DNA of 64,000 nucleotides from an uncultured Desulfospira sp. (GTDB taxonomy: Bacteria > Desulfobacterota > Desulfobacteria > Desulfobacterales > Desulfobacteraceae), in assembly GCA_963663165.1 (NCBI GenBank), contig OY760175.1:6336001-6400000 (forward strand). The letters run 5' to 3'. Both the position numbers and the translations under genes were made by a program. The notes under the pieces were generated by a model, which was not told the DNA's origin, searched no databases, and saw nothing but the letters and a program-made list of their open reading frames with translations. How positions within the stretch are numbered: position 1 is the first letter of the stretch; each line of letters starts with the position of its first letter. Positions 40,301 through 49,014 of this stretch are shown here, in pieces.

Positions 40301-40739
40301 CACCCTGTTAAACCGGGCTGAACTGTTTACCGATCCGGCGGATTTCATGGACAGTCTGGCCTTAAAACAGGACCCGGACAGCCTGGACGAGTCCGTGGAA
40401 AAGGTATCGCTGATGACCATCCATTCGGCCAAGGGGCTGGAGTTTCCCGTTGTGTTTGTCATTGGCTGCGAACAGGGGATGATTCCCTTTGCCAGAGACG
40501 GCAAGACCGTTGATGATCCTGAAGAGGAACGGCGCCTTTTTTATGTGGCCATGACCCGGGCAAAGGATATCTTATGTTTGACATATGCCCTAAAAAGACG
40601 CATATATGGCACCGTTCAACAAAGGGTAAAATCCCCTTTTCTGGATGATATTGAACGAAGGCTTTCGGAGCTTGAAGCCCGGGCCCCCAAAGCACGGGCT
40701 GTAAAATCCCCAAAGGCTATTCAACTGGAGCTGTTTTAA
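37353..40739 (+). CDS. Endonuclease Q (PHP) domain fused to UvrD/PcrA-family helicase
   Basis: DLHIHSKYSRAT, PAHIWTPW, ETGLSSD, SNSDAHS, GKYHYDGHRKC...CPECG; then AGPGTGKT, TFTNKAA, DEYQD, GDPDQSIYGFRG, NYRS, TIHSAKGLEF, EERRLFYVAMTRA. Confidence 0.93.
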   Translation: MKFISDLHIHSKYSRATAKTLDFEHIYQAARIKGITVVGTGDFTFPAWVDEIETKLEPAEPGLFALKPEFSGPIDATIPETCQGPVRFMLQTEISNIYKKDGRVRKNHNLIYFADLESVKRFNLRLDRIGNIKSDGRPILGLDAANLLEIMLETSEDAFFVPAHIWTPWFSMFGSKSGFDSMAQCFGDLKDHIFAVETGLSSDPPMNWRVPDLDHVRLISNSDAHSPGFLGRNATVFDTDLDYFAMKKALETNDPQGFQGTLDMYPHQGKYHYDGHRKCNVCLNPSKTAEYSNLCPECGRPLTLGVLYRVRELARRPEGFCPEDRHGYTSIIPLKDMLSEIFEVGPNTKKVTGYYDRAIERLGPELAVLTRMTEDEIRQAGVPLLAEAVLKMRDGKVHIDPGYDGEYGKVKLFSPEEKRILRGEQNRLFAPPPRKVKSPSDLDSPKVSPQIKKRPAALRGETGAGAKTAPSGKTDPGLLAGLNPEQRAAVESESRAVLIQAGPGTGKTRTLTARIAWLVSEKGVDPGAILALTFTNKAAEELSRRIKIFMPQQSQPALSATFHSFCLNILKEYLGFDGGLADDDLRKELIFKTVEQNRGKIRDDSGKPCGKRGLGKIAALADPFIAQCRQQLLGPDDDLTGLASKIKLPENFKAIGPELFAQIYGQYDEQCAQLNLMDFEDLIFKCRQGLADDSVLLSQLHDRFLYIFIDEYQDLNYGQYELVRLLSPKAHLLVIGDPDQSIYGFRGSDLTYFTRFEQDFPGCEKIRLKRNYRSTQTILDASCQMISKPDGDGTSRQIYSNTTTGQKLMIKETATENAEAVAIGKMIESLVGGLSFFSMDARSGTVDKEAPDREYSFSDFAVLYRTRKQCDTLARVFEKEGIPFQTADKKDDLTRQGVAEIIAAVKWVTRRTLDVTVLKNGFNEKNRPGAALDSRDPGFTEWLSRLEKGAAGKNSRELMGFFRESLDKDHTWDENQEFKDGYATLLNRAELFTDPADFMDSLALKQDPDSLDESVEKVSLMTIHSAKGLEFPVVFVIGCEQGMIPFARDGKTVDDPEEERRLFYVAMTRAKDILCLTYALKRRIYGTVQQRVKSPFLDDIERRLSELEARAPKARAVKSPKAIQLELF

Positions 40740-40756
40740 GGCAGGATAGGTTTATA

Positions 40757-41143
40757 ATGAAAGAAAACATAGTAAAGACAATGGCCCTTGAAAACGGTCA
40801 TACCCTTGAAATTCATGATTTTTCAAGAAAGATCGGCGCCGATGCCTGGGTGGTGATCATGGCGGCCAGAATGAAAATAGACATCCATCCCGCTCTGTTT
40901 GACCCCCTGGAGACGGAAGTGGACAACCTGGCCCATATCAAAGAAACCTTAGGGGATCATATTATTTATGAGTACAAAAGTGAACGGAACATGATCATGG
41001 ACCAGGATAAGGACGGGGTTCTGGAAAACCTGATGGACACGTTTTTAAAGAATACCGGTCAATACGTGGCCAAACCCCGGTTTCCCGGGAAATTGGTTTT
41101 AAAGGAGTACAAAGCCAGGATTGAAAAGAAACGTTACCGTTAG
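40757..41143 (+). CDS. Hypothetical protein
   Basis: 128-aa ORF between the helicase and slt genes, same strand. Confidence 0.7.
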   Translation: MKENIVKTMALENGHTLEIHDFSRKIGADAWVVIMAARMKIDIHPALFDPLETEVDNLAHIKETLGDHIIYEYKSERNMIMDQDKDGVLENLMDTFLKNTGQYVAKPRFPGKLVLKEYKARIEKKRYR

Positions 41144-41150
41144 CCCGGGA

Positions 41151-41822
41151 ATGAAGGACAAGTATCTTTCGTTCAAAAGACGTTATGGCTTTTATGGCTT
41201 GATGGGGGCGGCTTTCAAAGCAGGGGCAGGCCGCGGCCGGATGCTTGGGGTCATCATCCCGGTCTGTTGTCTGGTTTTCTGTCCTCTCAGCTCAAAAGCG
41301 GACATCTACCGGTATATTGACCGGAACGGGGTGGTTCACTTTACCAACACCCCCACCGAACCCGGTTATGTCCTGTATATGAAAGAGAAACAGGAAAACG
41401 CCGGGGGCGGCAACACCACAGTTGTCTATGACAGCGACGCCTATGATGCCATCATCAAAAGCGCCGGCTCGATTTACGGGGTGGATTTTTTTCTGATTAA
41501 AGCCGTGATCCGGGCTGAATCCAGTTTCGACCCCCAGGCCGTGTCCAAAAAAGGGGCCAAGGGGCTCATGCAGATCATGCCGGAAAATTTTCAATCCCTG
41601 TCCATCGACGATCCCTTTGATCCCGCCCAGAATATCCTGGGCGGAACCTGTTACCTGAAAAAAATGCTGGACCGGTATGACAACAACCTGACCCTGGCCT
41701 TGGCCGCTTACAATGCCGGTCCCACAGCCGTGGACAAGTACCGGAAAATCCCGCCCTATGAAGAAACCCAGACCTATGTCAGGAAGGTCATGACATTTTA
41801 TTCTGAATACAAAAACGCCTGA
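41151..41822 (+). CDS. Lytic transglycosylase (SLT) with DUF4124-like N-terminus
   Basis: IYRYIDRNGVVHFTNTP; AVIRAES, GAKGLMQIMP, ALAAYNAG, ETQTYV. Start uncertain (41121, 41151 or 41241). Confidence 0.88.
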   Translation: MKDKYLSFKRRYGFYGLMGAAFKAGAGRGRMLGVIIPVCCLVFCPLSSKADIYRYIDRNGVVHFTNTPTEPGYVLYMKEKQENAGGGNTTVVYDSDAYDAIIKSAGSIYGVDFFLIKAVIRAESSFDPQAVSKKGAKGLMQIMPENFQSLSIDDPFDPAQNILGGTCYLKKMLDRYDNNLTLALAAYNAGPTAVDKYRKIPPYEETQTYVRKVMTFYSEYKNA

Positions 41823-41844
41823 AAATATTCCGGCCCGGTTGCCA

Positions 41845-42717
41845 TCAGAGGGACTGGGTGATTTCCTTTAAAAACCCGGACAGCCGTTTTTTGAGTTCGG
41901 GCCGTTCCAGGGCAAACGCCAGGTTGGCCATCTGGAAACCGGCCTTGTCGCCGCAGTCAAACCGTTTGCCCTTAAATTTGTACCCGAATACGGGCTGTTC
42001 GGCCAGAAGCTTTTTCATGGCATCGGTGAGCTGGATTTCGCCGCCGGCACCGGCTTCTTTTTCCCCCAGGTATTCAAAAATTTTCGGCATGAGAATATAC
42101 CGGCCGATAATGGCAAGGTTTGACGGGGCTTCTTCAGGAGACGGCTTTTCAATCATGTCTTCAATGCGGACAATCTGGTCTTCCACATCCACGGCATTGA
42201 GGATGCCGTACTTGTCGGTCTGGTCTTTGGGGACTTCCATGACCGCAGCCATGGAGGCCCTGAGTCGGTCAAATTTTCGGACCATCTCCGACAGGACCGG
42301 TTTGGGGCTCTGGATTAGGTCATCGGCCAGCAGAACGGCAAAGGGCTCATCACCGATAATATCCCTGGCGCACCAGATGGCGTGGCCAAGACCTAAGGGC
42401 TCATGCTGCCGGGTATACACAATGGTCCCGGTCCGGGGCACCAGTTCCTGGATCTGCCGGAGCAAGTCGGTTTTGCCTTTTTGCTCTAAGACATGCTCTA
42501 TTTCATAAGACCGGTCAAAGTGGTCTTCCAGGGCTTTTTTCCCCCGCCCGGTCACGAAAACAATCTGTTCTATGCCGGCATGGAAGGCCTCCTCCACGGC
42601 ATATTGGATGATGGGCTTGTCCACCACGGGAAGCATTTCTTTGGCCATGGCTTTGGTGGCCGGAATGAACCGGGTGCCAAGGCCTGCTACCGGAAATACA
42701 GCTTTTTTTACCTTCAT
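41845..42717 (-). CDS. galU: UTP--glucose-1-phosphate uridylyltransferase
   Basis: KAVFPVAGLGTRFIPATK, LGLGHA, GAGGEIQLTDA. Confidence 0.97.
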   Translation of the reverse strand: MKVKKAVFPVAGLGTRFIPATKAMAKEMLPVVDKPIIQYAVEEAFHAGIEQIVFVTGRGKKALEDHFDRSYEIEHVLEQKGKTDLLRQIQELVPRTGTIVYTRQHEPLGLGHAIWCARDIIGDEPFAVLLADDLIQSPKPVLSEMVRKFDRLRASMAAVMEVPKDQTDKYGILNAVDVEDQIVRIEDMIEKPSPEEAPSNLAIIGRYILMPKIFEYLGEKEAGAGGEIQLTDAMKKLLAEQPVFGYKFKGKRFDCGDKAGFQMANLAFALERPELKKRLSGFLKEITQSL

Positions 42718-42889
42718 GGTTTTTCCTTATGATTTGATGTGAGCTAATATCCAATGGTTAACCGCTAACAGCTAAAAACACCGGGTATGTAAGGGTTTCT
42801 TAAATTAGAACCCGGGGTGATGTCAAATTTATTTTGGTTAAGGCCTTTTTACCGTCTTTTAAATGAAAAGATCACATAAAGCTATCCGG

Positions 42890-42918
42890 TTGACATTATT
42901 GTATTTTCTATGTATAGT
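42890..42918 (+). promoter_or_regulatory. Sigma-70 promoter
   Basis: TTGACA-N17-TATAGT, 45 bp upstream of the YkgJ-family gene. Confidence 0.7.
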
Positions 42919-42962
42919 CAGGCCCTTTGATCCGTTTTGTTATAAATAAATGAGGACAGACA

Positions 42963-43751
42963 ATGAACAGTGAAAACAACGGTGTTTCCGAAATTCCGCC
43001 CGAGCAGATGAGCCTGAACAGCCGGTTTTGCTTCCAATGCCACAAAGGTGTTAAATGTTTTACCGACTGCTGCCGGGGAATTGATATTATGCTGACCCCC
43101 TATGATATTCTGACCATGCGAAAGCGGCTGGACCTGACCTCGGAAGAGTTTCTGGCGGTGTTTACCAGACCCAGAATGCTGGAAAAAGCCGATTTGCCTG
43201 TGGTTACCCTCAAACAGCTGGATGATGAGCGAAAATCCTGTCCCTTTGTGGAAGATAAAGAAGGCTGTACCATATATGAGGACCGGCCCACCACCTGCCG
43301 GTATTATCCCCTGGGTGTCGGGTCTTTGAGTTATTCCGGCGAAAAAGGGAAAAAAGACGAGTTCTTTTTCAAGATCAAGGAGGCCCATTGCTTAGGGTTT
43401 GAAGAGGACAAGGAATGGACGGTGGCCGAGTGGCGGCAGGATCAGGGCGTAGATTTAAGGGATGAGGTCAATGAAGGGTGGCTGGACCTGATGGTCAGAA
43501 AAAAATCCCTGCCCCCCAGCATGAAGCTTTCTGAAAAGAGCAAAGAAATGTTTTTCATGGCCTGTTACAATATTGACAAGTTCAAAGACTTTATTTTTAA
43601 CAGCACATTTCTGGACCGGTATGATATCCCTGAGACCACCGTTGATGAGATAAAAGCCGACGATGTCAAGCTGATTCAGTTCGGATTTGAATGGCTCAAG
43701 GCCATGTTTTTTCAGACCGGCCAGGAGAACTTCAAGAAAAAAGAAAAATAA
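42963..43751 (+). CDS. YkgJ/FliB-family Cys-cluster protein
   Basis: FQCHKGVKCFTDCC, CPF...GCTIYEDRPTTCRYYP. Confidence 0.88.
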   Translation: MNSENNGVSEIPPEQMSLNSRFCFQCHKGVKCFTDCCRGIDIMLTPYDILTMRKRLDLTSEEFLAVFTRPRMLEKADLPVVTLKQLDDERKSCPFVEDKEGCTIYEDRPTTCRYYPLGVGSLSYSGEKGKKDEFFFKIKEAHCLGFEEDKEWTVAEWRQDQGVDLRDEVNEGWLDLMVRKKSLPPSMKLSEKSKEMFFMACYNIDKFKDFIFNSTFLDRYDIPETTVDEIKADDVKLIQFGFEWLKAMFFQTGQENFKKKEK

Positions 43752-43797
43752 AGACGGGAAACCGGAGACCGGACCTCCAGGATCGGAATCCGGTTTT

Positions 43798-43943
43798 AGT
43801 GCCTGAAGGAGAACTTGTGTTTGGACGAAAAGTTGCCCAGATGCAAGGCGTAGAAAAAATGGCAACCGGAGCAACCTTAAAGGTTGTGAGGATTGCCATT
43901 TTTTCTGGAACGCCGCAGATGGGTGACTTTTCGTTCAAACACC
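43798..43943. mobile_element. Family B element, copy 2, abutting the dapA stop codon
   Basis: agtgcctgaaggagaac...gtgacttttcgttcaaacacc. Confidence 0.8.
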
Positions 43944-44977
43944 TAGTAGTTGTACCAGAGATCTTTTTGATATTCCGGATTATTCAGCCGGTCCTCAATA
44001 TCTACGCTGAAAAATTTTCCAATGGGCTCAAAAAATTCCGGTGAATCCTGGGCCACTTTTTTCAAAGCGTCTAAGACAATATTCAGCCCCTTTTCGGTCA
44101 TCCGGCCAAGGGGTTTGCGGCAGGGGCCTGAGGGCATGCCAAGGATCTGCATCATGGTTTTTAAAGGCAATGGATTTCTGGCCCGGCATTTTACCGGCCC
44201 CATGGGGCTTTGTTCTTCAGTGGTCACCACCACAAGGTCTAACAGGGGAGACAGCTTGTCCCGCAGCACCTTGGCCTCCTGATTTTTCCCTTCATTTAAT
44301 AAGGCAACCATCCGGGTCATGAATCCGGGGACCAGGTTGGACATAACGGAAATGGCACCGCAGGCCTTGATGTCCGGATCCGTCATGACTTCATACACCA
44401 GGCCGTCATCTCCGGACAGGATTTTAAATCCGTCTTTGCAAAGCTTCCGGGTCAGTTTCATGTTGGCAAGATCACCGGTGGCCTCTTTGACGGACTGGAC
44501 ATTGGGGCAGGCCTCAGCCAGCAGGGCAAGGTCCTGGGGAAGCAGCTGGGCCCCGGTCCGGCCGGGGATAATATAGGGGACAATGCTGGTGTCAGGAAAG
44601 GCTTTGGCCACCACTTCATAGTATTCTTTTCTGATTTCAAGGGAGCTTGGACCGTTATAATAAGGGTCTACCAAAAGGAGTCCGTCCACCCCTTCTTTGA
44701 CCGCGTGTTCGGTGCCGGCCAGGGCCTCCCGGGTATTGTTGGACCCGGTTCCGGCAATGCACAGGCACTTTCCCCTGGCCGCCCTGGCGGACAGGGCCAC
44801 CACAAGATCATGTTCTTTCCAGTTGAAGGACGGGCTTTCACCGGTGGTTCCTGTGGCGAGAATCCCGGTAATACCGTTTTCAATCTGAAATTCAATGAGT
44901 TTCTCAACCCCGGACTGATCCAGCTCTCCTGACGGGTTAAACGGGGTGGCTAGTGCGGTAAAACATCCTTGTTCCAT
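43943..44977 (-). CDS. dapA: 4-hydroxy-tetrahydrodipicolinate synthase
   Basis: GTTGES, AGTGSN, YIIPGRTG, VKEATG, ILSGDD. Confidence 0.93.
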   Translation of the reverse strand: MEQGCFTALATPFNPSGELDQSGVEKLIEFQIENGITGILATGTTGESPSFNWKEHDLVVALSARAARGKCLCIAGTGSNNTREALAGTEHAVKEGVDGLLLVDPYYNGPSSLEIRKEYYEVVAKAFPDTSIVPYIIPGRTGAQLLPQDLALLAEACPNVQSVKEATGDLANMKLTRKLCKDGFKILSGDDGLVYEVMTDPDIKACGAISVMSNLVPGFMTRMVALLNEGKNQEAKVLRDKLSPLLDLVVVTTEEQSPMGPVKCRARNPLPLKTMMQILGMPSGPCRKPLGRMTEKGLNIVLDALKKVAQDSPEFFEPIGKFFSVDIEDRLNNPEYQKDLWYNY

Positions 44978-45009
44978 AATTTGTTGCTCCTGAAATTATG
45001 ATATCTTGA

Positions 45010-45105
45010 ATAACGGCCACAGGCCGTCTTGGTTATCCAACCAAGAACCGCCCACAACAAATAATGAAAGTCTTCTCAAGATGTTAGTGAGACTTTCATA
45101 TAAAA
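45010..45105. mobile_element. Family A mini-element, full-length copy 2 (opposite orientation to copy 1)
   Basis: Reverse complement of 1812-1907 with 7 differences. Confidence 0.85.
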
Positions 45106-45233
45106 CTTTGTTGGTACCACATGTCGGCCCACTGTTCAAGATGATTTTATCACTTGACACCCAAACGCAAAAAGATAATATATAAAAATTTAACTCAAAG
45201 ATAAGATCTTAAATCAATTTCAAGGAGTTGCCC

Positions 45234-45920
45234 ATGTCTGATTCACAATCACCCGCTGGCACAAACCGGGCAGACCTGCCCCATAATGCGGATGAACAGA
45301 TTGCCAAACTCAGGGCCCAGTTGACCCAGAATACGGAGTGCGGAACTACCCATTACAACTTAGCGGTTGCCCTTATGGGAAAACAAGAGTATGCCGAAGC
45401 CGAAAAAGTGCTTCATGATGCCATAGATTGCAGTCCCACCCTGGCCGAAGCCTATGTTCTTCTGGGCGGGATCTGCCTTCAAAGAAACGACCTTGAAGGC
45501 TGCTACCGGTTCAACCAGCAGGCCACAAAGGCCCGGGCAGGCTTTGCCGAAGGATACGGAAACATGGCTTTTGTCCTGCTTCAGCTGATAGACGGCAAAG
45601 ATGCCAAAGAAGATGAAGAAAAACTGGACAAGGCCATTAAACATTTAAAGAAGGCCATCATCCATAATAAAAATTTTGTTCAGGCCTATACCACCTTAGG
45701 GACGGCTTATTTCATGAAGGGGCTGATCCAGGAAGGCATTGAGGCCAATCTTGAGGCCGTCAAGATCCAGCCCGAATTCCCCATTGCCCACAACAACCTG
45801 GCCGTTGCCTACCTGGAACTCAAAGATTATGAAACCGCGATTAAATACTGTGATAAAGCGGTCCGGCTCGGCTATGAAGTGAGCCCGAAATTATTAAAAG
45901 AGCTTGATCCCCACCGGTGA
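45234..45920 (+). CDS. Tetratricopeptide repeat protein
   Basis: THYNLAVAL, AEAYVLLG, AYTTLG, AHNNLAVAY; SD aaggag. Confidence 0.9.
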   Translation: MSDSQSPAGTNRADLPHNADEQIAKLRAQLTQNTECGTTHYNLAVALMGKQEYAEAEKVLHDAIDCSPTLAEAYVLLGGICLQRNDLEGCYRFNQQATKARAGFAEGYGNMAFVLLQLIDGKDAKEDEEKLDKAIKHLKKAIIHNKNFVQAYTTLGTAYFMKGLIQEGIEANLEAVKIQPEFPIAHNNLAVAYLELKDYETAIKYCDKAVRLGYEVSPKLLKELDPHR

Positions 45921-46149
45921 TCCCAGGGGGGTTTTAAGGGAATGCCGTTCAATTGTCAGCCTCTTCAGGATTTTTATTGACATGTGGGTTAAGAAATTCT
46001 ATATCTGCAATGTTATTTTGCTAAAGCTATTCCTTGGAAGATAGGCAAAAAACTTCTAAGTATTTGGAATGACAATAAACTATTGAATGAAAAGTTTGGA
46101 AAATCTTTTCATTGTTGACTGTAATTTAACTTTTAACGGAGGTAAGTAA

Positions 46150-47475
46150 ATGGCTAAGCATGAAACTCCTTTCCTGGATCAGTTGGAATCCGGCCCTTGG
46201 CCTAGCTTTGTTTCTGACCTGAAACAGCAGGCAGAAGTCAGGGCTAAGAACGAAAAAGGCGTTGAATTCCAGATTCCCCAGGATTGTGTAGATGATCTTC
46301 TGGGTGTTGTGGAACTTTCTTACAAACATGGACGGACCCACTGGAAACATGGTGGCATCGTTGGTGTATTCGGCTACGGCGGCGGCGTTATCGGCCGTTA
46401 CTGCGACCAGCCCAAACTGTTCCCCGGTGTTGAACATTTTCACACCATGCGCGTGAACCAGCCCTGCGGTAAGTACTATTCAACCGAATACCTCAGAAAA
46501 GTCACCGACCTGTGGGATTTCAGGGGCTCCGGCGTAACCAATATGCACGGCGCCACCGGCGATATTATTCTCCTTGGCACCACCACTCCCCAGCTCGAAG
46601 AAGTGTTCTGGACACTCACCCATGATTTCGGCCAGGACCTTGGCGGTTCCGGCTCCAACCTGAGAACCCCGGCTGACTGCCTTGGCCAGTCCAGGTGTGA
46701 ATATGCCTGCTACGACACCAGCGCACTTTGCCATTTCCTGACCAACGAATACCAGGACGAGCTGCACCGTCCGGCATTCCCCTACAAGTTTAAGTTTAAA
46801 TTTGACGGCTGCCCCAACTGCTGCGTCGCCTCTATTGCCCGGTCCGACATGTCCTTTATCGGCACCTGGAAAGACGACATCCGCATTGATCAGGACGCCG
46901 TAAACAAATACGTTGAAAACGATGCCGCCTATCCGGCCAATGCCGGCGCCCACAAGGGCAAAGACTGGGGCCCCTTTGACATTGAAAAAGAAGTTCTGGC
47001 CCTGTGCCCCACCGGCTGCATGAAGTTTGAAAATAAAAAACTGACCATTGATAACGCCAACTGTACCCGCTGCATGCACTGCATCAACGTCATGCCCAGG
47101 GCATTGAAAGTCGGCAAGGAAACCGGTCTGTCCATCCTGTGCGGTGCCAAGGCCCCGATCCTTGACGGTGCCCAGATGGGTTCTTTGCTGGTTCCCTTTG
47201 TTGAAGTCAACGCTGACAACGATTACGAAGAAATCACAGAAATCATTGAGAATATCTGGGATTGGTGGATGGAAGAAGGTAAAAACCGTGAACGTCTTGG
47301 CGAGCTGATCATGCGCCAGGGTTTCCAGAAACTTCTGGAAGTGACCGGTATTGAAGCCATGCCTCAGCATGTTGCCTACCCGAGAACCAACCCGTACATC
47401 TTCTGGAAAGAAGATGAAGTAACCGGCGGCTGGGAACGTGACGTGGAAGAATACAGAAAACACCATCTTAGATAA
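46150..47475 (+). CDS. dsrA: Dissimilatory sulfite reductase alpha subunit
   Basis: LESGPWPSFV, THWKHGGIVGVFGYGGGVIGRY, ELHRPAFPYKFKFK, GCPNCC, CTRCMHC. Confidence 0.99.
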   Translation: MAKHETPFLDQLESGPWPSFVSDLKQQAEVRAKNEKGVEFQIPQDCVDDLLGVVELSYKHGRTHWKHGGIVGVFGYGGGVIGRYCDQPKLFPGVEHFHTMRVNQPCGKYYSTEYLRKVTDLWDFRGSGVTNMHGATGDIILLGTTTPQLEEVFWTLTHDFGQDLGGSGSNLRTPADCLGQSRCEYACYDTSALCHFLTNEYQDELHRPAFPYKFKFKFDGCPNCCVASIARSDMSFIGTWKDDIRIDQDAVNKYVENDAAYPANAGAHKGKDWGPFDIEKEVLALCPTGCMKFENKKLTIDNANCTRCMHCINVMPRALKVGKETGLSILCGAKAPILDGAQMGSLLVPFVEVNADNDYEEITEIIENIWDWWMEEGKNRERLGELIMRQGFQKLLEVTGIEAMPQHVAYPRTNPYIFWKEDEVTGGWERDVEEYRKHHLR

Positions 47476-47490
47476 AAGGGGAGAACTACA

Positions 47491-48639
47491 ATGGCATTTA
47501 TTTCTACAGGGTATGATCCCAAAAATCCGATGGCAAACAGAATCACCGACATCGGTCCTAAAGACTACAATGAATTTTATCCGCCTGTTATTGCCAAAAA
47601 TAAAGGCAAATGGTCTCATCATGAAATCCTGGAACCCGGCGTACTGGTTCATGTCGGCGAGTCCGGAGATGAAGTATATACCGTAAGGGTTGGCGGCTGC
47701 CGTCTCATGTCCACCACCCATATCAACGAAATCTGCGATATTGCCGACAAACATTGCGGCGGTTACGTCCGGTTCACCACCCGTAACAATATCGAATTCA
47801 TGGTTGACTCCAAAGATAAGGTAGAGCCCCTGAAAAACGATCTGGCTTCCAGAAAGTTCCCCGGCGGTTCCAATAAGTTCCCCATCGGCGGCACCGGTGC
47901 CGGCGTTACCAACATCGTTCACACCCAGGGCTGGATCCACTGCCATACCCCGGCGACCGACGCTTCCGGTACGGTTAAGGCCACCATGGACGCCCTGTTC
48001 GACGATTTCCAGCAGATGAGACTGCCGGCTCAGCTTCGGGTCTCCATGGCCTGCTGTCTGAACATGTGCGGTGCGGTACACTGCTCTGATATCGCCATCC
48101 TGGGATATCACAGAAAACCGCCAATGCTGGACCATGAATATCTGGACAAGGTTTGTGAAATCCCCCTGGCCGTTGCTGCCTGCCCCACCGCAGCCATCAA
48201 ACCGGCCAAGGTACAGCTGGAAGGCGGCAAAGAAGTTAAATCCGTAGAGGTTAAGAACGAACGGTGCATGTACTGCGGCAACTGCTACACCATGTGCCCG
48301 TCCATGCCTCTGGCTGACACCGAAGGTGACGGTATCGTTCTCATGGCCGGTGGCAAGGTCTCCAACCGGATTTCCGTACCCAAGTTCTCCAAGGTTGTTG
48401 TGGCCTTCCTGCCCAACGAAATGCCCCGCTGGCCCTCCATGACCGCCACCATCAAGAGAATGGTTGATGCTTATGCAGCCGGTGCCAACAAATACGAACG
48501 TCTGGGCGACTGGGCAGAGAGAATCGGATGGGAAAAGTTCTTTGAAGCATGCGAACTTGACTTCACCCATCACCTGATTGACGATTTCCGTCAGCAGGCA
48601 TACATGAGCTGGCGTCAGTCCACTCAGTTCAAATTCTAA
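47491..48639 (+). CDS. dsrB: Dissimilatory sulfite reductase beta subunit
   Basis: [41 protein letters not shown]. Confidence 0.99.
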   Translation: MAFISTGYDPKNPMANRITDIGPKDYNEFYPPVIAKNKGKWSHHEILEPGVLVHVGESGDEVYTVRVGGCRLMSTTHINEICDIADKHCGGYVRFTTRNNIEFMVDSKDKVEPLKNDLASRKFPGGSNKFPIGGTGAGVTNIVHTQGWIHCHTPATDASGTVKATMDALFDDFQQMRLPAQLRVSMACCLNMCGAVHCSDIAILGYHRKPPMLDHEYLDKVCEIPLAVAACPTAAIKPAKVQLEGGKEVKSVEVKNERCMYCGNCYTMCPSMPLADTEGDGIVLMAGGKVSNRISVPKFSKVVVAFLPNEMPRWPSMTATIKRMVDAYAAGANKYERLGDWAERIGWEKFFEACELDFTHHLIDDFRQQAYMSWRQSTQFKF

Positions 48640-48678
48640 TCAGCGATTAGTCTGTTGAACAATAGCTGTTAATATTTA

Positions 48679-48715
48679 GGATAGGCCGAAGAGCATCATG
48701 CTCTTCGGCTCATCC
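48679..48715 (+). other. Strong intergenic stem-loop between dsrB and dsrD
   Basis: ggataggccgaagagcat c atgctcttcggctcatcc; no long U tract. Confidence 0.6.
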
Positions 48716-48739
48716 GTTTCAAAGCAAAGGAGCTAGACG

Positions 48740-48997
48740 ATGAGCGATCTTCTCAATGATAAAGCAGCGGCCGAAAAATTAGTTATTGACTGGCTGACCA
48801 AAAAAGCCGGCAGCAAAACCAAATTTTATATTAAAGATTTTTATAAACTTTTTCCCGATGATAAACCCCGGGAAATCAAAAAAGTAATTAACAAAATGGT
48901 CACAGACGAAATTCTTGAGTTCTGGTCATCCGGATCAACCACCATGTACGGCCTTAAAGGTGCCGGCATTCAGCACTCCTCCGAGGGTGAAGAGTAA
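48740..48997 (+). CDS. dsrD: DsrD
   Basis: KTKFYIKDF, LEFWSSGSTTMYGLKG; directly after dsrB. Confidence 0.96.
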   Translation: MSDLLNDKAAAEKLVIDWLTKKAGSKTKFYIKDFYKLFPDDKPREIKKVINKMVTDEILEFWSSGSTTMYGLKGAGIQHSSEGEE

Positions 48998-49014
48998 GAT
49001 AAAATTTTAAATTC

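Noticed and set aside
46480..48573. 697-aa antisense ORF over dsrAB, and other long antisense ORFs such as 57921-59150
   Set aside because: Shadow frames produced by codon bias of the real genes; no motifs.
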